DNA of 64,000 nt. Origin: Phoronis australis (taxonomy: Eukaryota > Animalia > Phoronida). Made by a program: the position numbers and the translations under genes. Numbering within the stretch: position 1 is the stretch's first letter; each line of letters begins with the position of its first letter. Positions 24,301 to 36,300 of the stretch are shown one piece after another. The DNA lies in the NCBI GenBank assembly GCA_002633005.1, contig NMRA01000269.1, forward strand, positions 345,169-409,168, in the 5' to 3' direction. A model generated the notes under the pieces. That model made no database searches. It was not told the origin of the DNA and saw only the letters and a list, made by a program, of their open reading frames with translations.

Positions 24301-27300
24301 CAAATCGGTCATAATACCTTGTCTGGTTCATGTTCCCTGAAGTCCATAAGACTCCATCATGGCCATTTTGTGTTCCGGTTACAAACGTGTTTTCTCGTAT
24401 TATTAATGATCTACATTTCCCATTTACTTCCAATTTCATTGTTTCCCTAATATAATACTGACTGTAATCATTTGCAGGGACCACACTGGCGGGAGGCCAA
24501 CAACATTCTCAAGCAGGTCGTGACCCGGTCGTCGACCCTGGCCGCTGCCCCTACACAGGTCACGCCCTCATACCACTCACTCCCCGATCTCTCTATGTCG
24601 GCAATGTCGTACCACACATCCTTCGCTGAGGCTGAAATTTCCATGAAGAAAGAGTTGCCTGGTAGGTTGCTGCGTCTCGTCTGCTAGTTGTTTTGGACTA
24701 CGTGTACTTGACTGTGGGAAAACCATCATAATTTTAGTCTCCACGATTGCATCTGTGCCCTGCCAGGTGACGATACTGTTGTTGCTATTTGTGTCATTTA
24801 TCTTGATTTGCTTTAGGTCGCACCATTGATTTCTTCTACGACCCGGTCAACATCCCCGTGATTGGCAGGAAGTTCATGAGCACGAGCACGCTTGATGACC
24901 ACGAAGAGAAGGATGTTAGCGAGACGACGGGGGAGAAGCAGGGTGCAGAGACGCATGCGCTGTTACACCAGAATACAGAGTTGACTGTGACACCGTGCTG
25001 GAAGAAACCACAATCGTCACAGGTAGGGAGGTGGCAGGTTGGAAGAGGCCACGGTCGTCTCTTGTAAAGGGGTGCTAGGCTGGAAGTGATTAGTGTTGAT
25101 GAAAAGGAGGTAATAATAACAAAGGTTCTGTTGTTAAGGGGAGAAGCGGGTGCAAATGAGTTGGGAGAAATCATTGTCTTGATATATAGGGGGTAGCAGG
25201 TAGAGCAACCCTTTACGGTTTGTAGAAGCCAGATAGTTTTTTACACCTCAACATGGAAGACCAGTCTTCGCAGGTTGGATAAGCGTCAGTTATGTTTAGA
25301 CTGAAAGAGATCAAGGTCATTGTCTCTAAAGAAATGCGAAGTCTTTGAATCGTAATGTCTCTTAGTTACTGTTTGTTTGACTTCTCCCTCTTGTGCTATG
25401 CAGGCTCGTACTAGAGAAAGATTTGTCAACCTTTTAACTTGTTACGGACAGAAGCATGGCCTACCTCCCAAGAGAAGTCCGTCTGTAAGTATTGTTAAAT
25501 CTACTAACTCCTTTTAAAAACTTAACTTGATCCTTAGGTAGTATTATTATCATTTGCCTGTTTGCTCTATGTAGACTTTATGTTGCCTTGAACTCTGACC
25601 TGTTCAACTGGCTTTCTAGTAACGTAGGAATAACGACTGAAATTAGACTCGTTTGCCTGGCACGTTCTCATGTCTTTTACCAGACGAGTTCAAAACTATT
25701 CTTTCTCATCAGTGCATTCTGGTTACAGTATGTTTGTTGCTAATCTCTGATAATGACAAAATTTACTGCGCGGACAATCGTTATACAGATTGTTAATCAA
25801 CAACCCGAGGTGTCCGATTTGGGCTGGATTTGGTATTTTATTTTAATTTATTTGCTCCCGAAGGTCCCGTGTTGATATTCAAAACGATGTTATAGTTTTG
25901 TGTCAAATGTTCATTTATTCAACTTGTCTAAAATAACCGTCACTCACTATGTAATTTTTATCTGTCCTTGTGTTGCGTGTCAAATTTCGTGTTATCTGGG
26001 TGCTTAATTGTTATACACTGAACATCTGTGTTGATCTTGGGGTGTCTGTAACCATCAGGTTGAAATTTGTTTAACTTTGAATTGGCAGCAGATTGTTTTG
26101 ACTTTTAAGGAAGCAACATTTTAGGATGGTATGTAGTGGGTTGACTAACTTGACAGAAAATTTCAGATGTGTTGCAGACAGTCTGAATGGTGATGTCTCT
26201 GCGGAAATAACCTTCCGAATTAAGTGGTCTGAAGATGTTTTAGATTTTTTATAATTTTATGAATTGATGGAAGCTTCTACCAAAGTTGTACAAAGCACAA
26301 ACAGTATTATTATTAATAAGCTGTGCCTTCTGTGTTAGACTTGTCCCTGACATCATCCAAACCATGGACTAAGTGCAGATGCAGATATGGCCATCAGTCT
26401 CATTATCAACTTCTTCACTGACTGAGAGTTTAGTATTAGTTTACTTTTTTACCAAAGGATGTCACCGTTCAGCTTGTATTGTTGAATGATCCCTGTACAT
26501 CTAAACTGCAAACTCTTATTTTTTATAAATCAACTTTTAAGACAACCTAATGTGTTTTTCTGTCCAGTAGTGTCTGATGGTTACAGTGAGTGATTTGTCT
26601 TGTCATTTTTCTAATCGTGTGTGTTATGCTTTCAAAGGACACATTTATCAATAAGGTAACAGTCACGTGTTTTATGTTAGCCTCTTTCTCATAGTTAGCT
26701 TCTTTTGTGAATGATTCCACGCTGGTTGTACCGAGGGTTTGAATGTCTCCGAACACTCCCCCATTTGCGTCAAACCCAAGTCTATCACCGAATATCCTTA
26801 CGAGGCATTTTGTGCTTAGAAGCTTTTTTTTAGTCTAGCTGAAAGATCTTTCGCATTTCTTGACGGTGCTTGGTTTACAATGCAGGTTTTGCGGGGAAAC
26901 AGATTTTAACACTAGATCTTTTGAAAAACGTAGTCAGTTGTGCACACTCGAATAGATACACAATTCATACAGAGCACGCGTTTGAATTTAACATTCTTGG
27001 TTAAGGTTCCCAGGCTTTGTTTGGTGGAAACATTTTTATTCCTTGAAAAACACTCAAGTGCATGAATGTTATGTTAACAAGCATGTCGTTCAAATGCTTC
27101 CAAGTTTGTTTTGCTTCTCAATTGTAGCACTCCTCAAGCGTCACTTTGTAAATAATTGTAAACTCAGTTTTTTCACTTTTTCTCTTCCAACTTACGGACC
27201 GGGAATTCTTGTTTGTTTCGACTTTCCTTCAATGTTCTTGGACTATTTTGCTGCCTTTGTTAAAACACGATTCCTGTTTGTGTTAACGTAAACTTTGCTG

Positions 27301-30300
27301 CATCCTAACAAGAATTCAGCGAAAGCATGATGTAAACGGCCATCCGTGTCATTGATGTTTGGCTTCAAAGGTGTGAACGGGCCAATTTTTGACAAAAATT
27401 GCAATGAAAGGTTTTAGAGTGGTTTTACGCCCTACTGGGTATACTTATTAACAGGGAAAAGTCTACCAAAATCTGACTACCAGAAATTGGCTAAAACTGG
27501 GCCATTTCCAAGATGGCCGACACGATATTTCGACATCACTGAAAACAGATGTAATTTCTTCAGTAATTGTGATAGAGACATAATATTTGGTTCTAGTTTA
27601 TGGTTTTAAGGGGTGAGCAACTCAGTGATGTGGTTAAATTTTTTTTAAATTCAGATATGATTAGTTGTTGATATGAAATTCAAGATGGCGGCTAAAATTG
27701 ACTCTTTAAGTGTGTTGGGTTTAAATGAATACTGGCGTGACTTGCTAGACGCTAGTAAGTGAAATTGTTTTCGCTCCTTATCATCCCTTTCCTACTTTTC
27801 TTACTGATATTGTCAATGTGTTACAAATGGAGAGAGATTAAATCATGTCTAATTGATGACTCTTACTGCCACCTGGTGGCATTAGTACATACTAATTATT
27901 CATACTAAGTTACAATGACTGACAAAGAAGAATAATTTCTTTGCATAAGGAATCATTCAGACTGAACTGAGGCACTTAAGATGTACTGCACAAACAAGAA
28001 GTTTCCCATTACATAATTGTGTGTTTCGACGAAAGTTGTTATTACTTGTTCTAGTGCTTCATAATATGTCCCTCATGCACTTGGCAATATTGTGAGCCAC
28101 CAGCTCTTGTAGTTAATTTAGTCCTCTTGTATCGCCACAGGTGGTGTTCAGTCAATCCAGCGACACCCTTGGTAGACAGGAGAGTGTGTGTTCCAGCTCG
28201 GAGGAAGCATCAGTCAGTGGAGGGATGGGAGCAGGTAAGGGTATTGATGTAGACAAACATGTGGTGACTTACTGAGCAATGGTGCTTTGCCCCACAAGCC
28301 AGTTCTGTTCACTCGTTGATTGGTTTACAACAATCCATTTGACAAAACTAATTTTCAAAAAGAATAAAATAAATTGTCAATTCTTTGCAAACTCAAAAAT
28401 GACTACTTACCTTAAAGGGAGCAGGTTTACGGCTGTTTTATGGCAGTGTGTCGTCTAAATCAAATGTTCCCTTCTTGCATTCAACGTAGCTTTATATGAG
28501 ACAGTCTCTTTAATGTATCGCGTAATTATGTACGAACGTAGGCTACTTATGTATGTGTGTATGTATACATGTATGTGTGTATGTATACATGTATGTGTGT
28601 ATGTATACATGTATGTGTGTATGTATACATGTATGTGTGTATGTATACATGTATGACAGGATTCAGTAAATATACAGTGGGTGTGGGTGTGTACTTGTGT
28701 GCATGCTTGTGGATGCACGCGTTCATGTACCTGTGTGGGAATTATAATGTGTCAGTAAAAGTAACAGATACACGTTTTAAGGGTGCAAATGCATGCGTAA
28801 TTTGATTGCTGACTCTATACCAAGCTGGAAATGATTGGGTTAGGTGACCATGTTGTTTAAGTAAAATTTAGCATAATTTATACATTCGTGACGAGTTTCA
28901 CTTGAAAAATACCTATGAAATATATAATTATTCAAGATATCTCAAACAAAACTAATTAGCAAATTGACTATTTTTTCAAAGGATTCCTATGTTACATTTG
29001 ATAAAAATTTGCTTGATTGGTCACAATAGTGTACTCCATAAAATGTTTCTGTCCTGAAAATGTCCAGTAAGTGTGCTCTTTCTTCGTCCACAGGTGATGC
29101 TCGACTTGAGGATAGTAGCAACAGTGACCAGTTGTTCAGCAATATCCACGTCTTTGACTTCCTGGACAATGAGCTGGACGATCGTGAGGTACGTAATGAC
29201 CAGCATCTAGTGTCTCTTGTAGCCAACAGAGGGAGCGTGCACAATAAGCCACCTGTAGGCATTTGGTTTGGTTAAAAAATTTTTACGATGACGATGCTAG
29301 TGACTGAAAATACATTTGTGGAAAGCAACTACTTTTTCGGGCTCTGTTGATATTCGTTAAAAATATGGCAAATGTCGTCGTCAGTTTAGAGGTTGAAATT
29401 TACTGGTTGGGGCCTAATGAAACAAAGTCATATCTGCATATATAGATGTGTGGGTTCCGGTAGTTGTGTGGTACTCTCATCCCATATGCACCGTGTGTAG
29501 CTGAGCAACTTCCTGTTTCTAATCTGTGTACATTATAGGAAGAAGACCCATTCTGTTTTGTTAGCAGTTTCCAGTGAAAGGGAATCTGCCATTGCGGTGT
29601 ATTGTGTCATCTTTATTCCATGTTGTGTGAGCGAGTTTACGAACTTTGTCCGTTTCGCTTGTCACAATCTGTCGGCTTGTAATATCTCAAGACTGTTGGT
29701 TGGTGTTTTCAGACCGAGTCAGAGCTGGGTAACTTCAACATTCACTTTGGCAATATCCGCGCTGAGGGTACAGAGACGCCTACCCCAGATACGATGGGTC
29801 ACGGAGATGATGAGAGGATCAGGAGATTGAGTGGAAAAGCAGACGAGAGCTCGGACGACGACGTAAGTGTTTGGAAACTTCTCATCATCGGGGCTTTAAC
29901 TCTGCGTTTGACAGTATTTTGCTTCAGTAGAATTTCTCTCTCAAAGTCTTTACCATTAGATAGCTACTGCCTGACAATATTTTCAATATTTCGGCCATTC
30001 ACAGCCCTTGGAAGAATCCAGAAGGGTCAGTTTTGGCAATTATTTTTGTCGAAAATCTATGAAATATTATTGGAGTAAATTTTGACAATGTGTTGTCTGC
30101 CCGTTATGTGAACGTGCTCTTTGTGGTGTTGATGATAGCTTCTAGACCTGATTTGGATTGTCATGTATCATTTCTCCTGTTTTTTTGGTTTACAAACATT
30201 TCCAAGTACTTTTTTGACTGGGTTCACACGAGTGGTAAAAACGCTAGTAGTTTTTCAACTGTGAAAGCATTAGCGTTCTTGTCAGACGGACGTGTTGTCT

Positions 30301-33300
30301 GGGTAGGGGTAATATTCACCAGCAGTTGGTTTGTTTTGGCACCACTCGATTCGCTTTTGAAGCGAAAATTGATGTCAAAGTGAGTTTAAAAACTACAATG
30401 TGTGATTAAGACAATTCACAGAGGTATTCACAACAATGTCAGAAGACTTTGAAAAAAAGGACTAATTTTGAGTCAGACATTTACTTTTGGTGAGATTTGA
30501 TGGTAAACACTCGGTGAGTGTTTACTAAGGTACGGGTACTATGTGTACGTACTGCCATTTTCATTGTTCCTGTAATCTTGTTGTTAGGCCCTCTCCCAGT
30601 GAAATTTTTTCATGTCCTGTTTTCCTTTGTACTTGGCATCGATATTGATTATTTTCCCCCACACAACCGTGATATGGTCTGGCGGTCTGATGATGTGTAT
30701 AGTGTGCCCTATGCTTTCTCTCGACCCCTTTCATTGTGCCACTGCTTTACAGATTCGTAGCGTCTCGCCTTCCCCACTGGATGACATGGCTCGTACTTTG
30801 TCCGTCAACACCTCGACTGTTGTCCCGGCAACTTTAGTTCTCGATCACTTCAACAGGAGGAGCTCCATGTCGGGCTCAACGTAAGTATAGCTTCAGCTTT
30901 ACTAGCTTGTCTGTCTGTGTGTCACTTCTTTTCTGGTGTTGATTGATTTAAACCTGTCTACAGCTGTGTTTCATACTGATAATGTGTTTTCTTGCTTTGG
31001 CACATCATAGAATTCCATTTGTCAGCCATGTTTTTCACAAAATGGGTAACGGTTGATTGGGAATATTCGTTTGGGCAGTAAATCTGTTATTAACAAACAT
31101 GGTTAACAGTTGTTAGCTTACAATAGCAACATTCATCAATTGATGTTGCAAAAGTATCAACTTTGAACTGTATCGAAATAGTTTAACGGTGTAATATTTG
31201 TTTTCTTTCGCAGACACAGTATACACACTCTGGACAGTGACCTCGACACTAATGACTTCAGTCCGGGCACGTCGTCTCCCAACTTCTCCAACATGGCCGC
31301 CACATTCGTCAGTCTGCACAGTGACGAGATTGAGGACATCTGGCGGTCGCACGTCAACAAGGTGATGGCCGACACCTGCGGTCAGCGAGCGGTCAACACA
31401 TACCACCTGTTCATGGGACTGTACAAGGAGACACGGCGCAAGTTGACCAATCTTACCAAGGAGGCGTGCTACTACCTGTCCAAGACGGCCAGCCTGCAAC
31501 CCATCGCCACACAGTTCCTGAACATGCTTGAAGTCCTGCTGACCCACTCGGAGTGCCCTCTGGTGTACACTGAAGCAGAAACGGTACTAAGCTCTTCGAC
31601 TTCATTTTTGTTAATTCGACTGACCTTGGTGTATGGAAAGGTGTTAAGGACTAAATGCAGTTTTGAAATTAACTCCTTACAAAAAGCATCAATTCTACTC
31701 AACCTTTGTGGCTCTTTATTGTTTTCATGTACATGAGCAAAACTGAATTTTTGAATTTGGTTGGTCTGGTTGGAGCTGCTTGAGACTGCTCATTCAAGTG
31801 CTAATCGCACTTTTCATTTTCAATCGTTTGAACAGTTCTCCTGTTTTTGAGTATATTTTTGTTTTACTTAATGCTGAATATTTTCTCTCACTTAGCTGGT
31901 TAATTGCAAGATCCTGGAGGAACACAAGTTCTGCGTGCTGGAAATCAACGAATCTCACGACACCTACTTAATGAGGCGAGAACTGGCGCTGGAGGTAACT
32001 ATGGCAACCATGCGTGTTGAACGCTTGTTCATATGCCCCTTAAGTGAAGGCTTACATGTTATTATGACTGGCAGGGTTTGTGTTAGCCGTGGTGTGTGAG
32101 CCTTGCCGTGGTCATTCCTGCTGTGATTGGGTGTAAACTGTTGTACTAGAGCTCAATTAAACCTGTGCACTGAAGTGAAACTTTCAATTACTCCAACACA
32201 ATAGAACGCCATCTGTTGTTGGGTCATTAAGTTGATCTGGTCTTGATTCTTGCACTCTGACGTAATTTTACATTCACAACACCTCTATTTTCTAGCCCAG
32301 TAAGAAAATTCAAACTTTCCACGAGGCTGAATTTTTTCTTACTGTCAGCCCGCAAGCACGTACTAGTAGTTTATGAGACAACTTGGGTATCTCTGAGGAT
32401 TAGAGACATGACCAGATGGCCCGTTTGGAACATTGTATTACTGGGCTATTTAGGAAACCTGTTCCCTGGCCCAGGTCTGTCTAGAAAATGCTCCGTTTCT
32501 TGAATAATTTTGTGTTGTTCACATATTAAACTGTGCTCTTGAAAAGTGCTTGGAAATTTCAAGATTCTTAATAAATTATTGAAGGAAATTACTTTTGTAT
32601 TTATATCAGACATTTGTTGCCTGTGGAAAGAGGTCGCCACACAAACATTCCTCATGAAAATAGGTTGATGTGTAAGTTAAGTTATTTGGATTGTGTGGAA
32701 GACGAATGCCACTCTATGTTTGTGTGCTGTGCTTACCAAGATCTTTGGGTACAGTACTTAAGTGGTCACTTTTGTTGTTATCCTGCGTTAATTAAATTTG
32801 AATTTCTCATGAGAATTCCTGATATTTCAATTCTAAAATTTTCTCCACTATACCCTCAATCGTCACAACTGTGTAGTGTGACAATTTAGTATCTTGTATT
32901 TGTTATACTTCGGGCCAATGGCCATATGTATGTATTGCAATAAATCTCATTGTCTATGGCAAACAATGGTGTGTAGAGTTTTACTGTGACCGAGCAAATT
33001 TTAATCTGTGAACTTTTAAGGTGTGCATTTTGTGGTAAAAATCTGAAGGAATCGTTACGTCGGGACACCATGACTACGTCATAACATGGGGACACCATAA
33101 CCACCGAGGATGTGCAGATTGAAGGGTTCATTAGTATTGTTTAAAGACAATACCAAGTTAATTCTCATGTCTTGTCTTTGGCTGACTTGTGACCTTTGCT
33201 TCTTATTTTCTAGTGTCTTGACACTATCAAGTCTTCCATCAAGAACCAGTCTTTGGGTGGAAATGTCAGTGATTTCTGTGGAGAGGAACAGGTATGTGAA

Positions 33301-36300
33301 ATGGGGTCACTAGGGTTAAGGGTTAAGGGTGTGTTGCCGGAGCTCAGTAAGACCCAGTGCCAAAATCCGTTGTCAAGTATCGCTAGGAAATTCTTCTTTA
33401 CTATCGTATTTAATACGTTTTCCATTCTCGTGTCGTGAATGGTGGGAACAGGTTTTAGGTACACAATCCAAAATGAATGGACGAATCGCGTTACAATGAA
33501 CCCTGTTTATGACATTGGCTCGCTTGTAATGTTCCATTCCGGAAGTCCCGTTTTCCTCTAATGCGCAATACCTTTTCTACGCTTCATTTTTAATGAACGT
33601 TCAAACAGTTAAAATGTGCCAGTACTGATGTCTCAGTAGGTAACTTCAATTTTACAGCGAGCCAATCTATAATTGATGATGCGCGCACACCTTGATTTCA
33701 TATTTGTGTGAGGTAGAAACACATGACTTGCTGTACACGGCCGGGCACGCTGTCGGACAGCCTTACATGTGGAAAAATGACGAGTGCACAGTTCTATGGT
33801 TTTTATTAATCTCTAAAAACTTGATTCATTTACAACAAATCTCGGTTCCAGCGAACGTCTTCGATACGTCACGGGAGGTTTGTTGTAACGAGTTTTGACT
33901 GCACTAGAATCTCATAGTTCAGTCATTTATTAGGGCTGTAAAGGTGTGCTATTAGAGAGGGTTACTTTTAGCTGAAAAACTTATGCTGCGGTCATTTTGC
34001 CAAGTAATTTTGTGCTAGCCGCATTCTTAAATTAGAAAAAAGCTACAGCAAGTATAAAATTTCCAGAAATATTCTACTCTGCTGTAGTGCCATGGCTTGT
34101 TAATAGTGACTATTGGGTAAATGTATTGGCCAAAAACACAAATGGGTTGATAATTCAAAGCTTCAGCAACATACTCACATCCAAAAGTAGGTGCCGCCCT
34201 CAGAACCTAGGTATATGTAGGAAGAAGCTATGCTCAGTTCGCCATATTTGTTGGCTTGAAGTCAATTGATACTGATTAGGACCTGTGAAACTTAATACTG
34301 ATTGGACACGGTCTATATCTCCCTAACCAATCACTTCTCTTCCATGCTGTCGCGAGCAGTACAACGTAAGTGTCTCACCTGGACGTTCAGTTTAGTTGTG
34401 TTCTCATTGCATGCTTGTTCAGTTCACTTTTGCTGATTTCTGCATGGCTTATGTAAGAACAAAGACCGACCACAGGCAGATAGCTGTGAGCTGTGCTGTC
34501 AGCTTCAAGTGAATGTTAACTCAGCTGCCAGATTACACCCAGGCACTAGCAATGTGTTAATTTATTGTACTGTCACACCTTGACGTGAGCTGTCAGCTCA
34601 GTTATCATTCACGTGAGGCATACAGCTCGGCTTGTATTTCTCTGTCTGCTGGGAGCTTAAGCCCACCACCGGTACCGTTTCAAGCAATAAACCGTCTACT
34701 GAATGGGTGTTCAATGGATACTTGTTTAGCTTTACGTAATTTTTCAATTTTGCAAATCTGAATTCTTTGTGGTGACGGTGTTGGCAATGTTTCGAGTACT
34801 CAGTTATGTTTTCTTCCTACAAGTTTCTACAGATCACTGCTTCACGGTCTAAGTGTAGTTTGAAGAAGTGTGCCTTCAATAAATAATGAAAATTAATCCT
34901 TGTGAATGCATTTTCTTGTCAAGGTCGGACGCTAGAACGGTAACTTAAAACATCACTTATTGTTATGGATTATCACTAAGATGACGGTGAAATTCCCTTC
35001 AATTCGTCAGGATCTTTCCCATTGCGACACCCAATTAGATTGCTCAATTTGTTTGTTCACCATATAACCATTAAGAGACTTGTAAAATAGTGCAACAAAA
35101 TTTGAGCACAAAGGTACAGAATTGTTAAAATGGTGATATAGTGTTGCGTGCCGCCCCGCTAATGTAACTTCATATGGATAACGTGACATTTTAATGGTCC
35201 CCATCACAGCCAGAATAACGGGCTATGTCGTCGTCTTGCCCACGATTCCAGTAACGCATTCTAGTAGTGGCAAGAGTTCTCGCAATTGAGGCTTTTTGTT
35301 TTGGATGTTGTGAGCTACTTAATATGACAGGTTTTGTGTGGACAGCTTTGTTTCAGCTTTCAGCCAGTTTTCACTAAGCCACAAAGCGGTATGATTAAAA
35401 CTAATTTAATAGGAAGCTGTGTTGGAATTAAAGCCGTTGTTTTGTTCTACGATGTATTAATTGCTTAAATATTAGCAGATCGCCTATGACTTGTCAGCAG
35501 TAGTGCTGTCTTGGTGACATTTGTTAAGGAGTTGGTCATCGAAATAAATTTATTTTATTTATAAGGGCATCTTTATCAAGTATGACTTTATCACTGATAA
35601 CTGTTGATGTCTATGCTTTGCAGTTTAGAATTTGCTCGAATTTTTAACACAAAATGTGATTAATGGATTAATGGTAGCGTGGTGGGGTATCACTTTTTGT
35701 CATGCCATTCACCAGGGATATTCTTCTGTCTTCCAGCAGGTGGAGCTGTGTCGGTGTCTGTACAAACTCCACTTCCAACTGTTGCTTTTATTCGAATCCT
35801 ACATCAAGCTGGTTGGTCTGTTGTCAGCTGCTGCTAAAAGGGAGCAGGTCTGTGCAGGTTTTCTTTCGCGACTCATGCCATAGTTTGAGCACATTAAAGG
35901 ACCATGTGCTATGATATGGAAATTAAAAGGGTTACGTGCGACTGTGTGAGCATGTTAAAGGACCATCCATGAGCCAAAATGGGACATTTTAAAGGGTCAC
36001 AAGTCACCTTGTGATTGTCACTCTATGGTAGTTTTTAAGTGCCTTTGCTAGAATGTGTTTTAAAGGTCCGTATGCCACGATACGATTCTTTGAAGGAGTC
36101 ATTCACTTTAGTATGAGCTGTTTTATTCGTTCTCGTGGGCATATTTCAGGTAACTGATCTGTCGGATGAGGTTGTATCCCTGAAGAAGGAGCTGAATGCG
36201 GCCATCCAAGAGCTGGACAGTGGTCAAGTATCACCGCTCCCTCTAGACACTAGCCACATGTCCAAGATGGATGCTCAGAACCACTTGATTACCTTCATGA

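Noticed and set aside
25680-25722. Hammerhead-like motif on the - strand (CTGATGAG...GAAC TC GTC)
   Set aside because: Lacks the full GAAA and has no convincing stem I
28455-28805. ORFs with HTHIHVY / MYVCMY repeats
   Set aside because: Translation of a minisatellite
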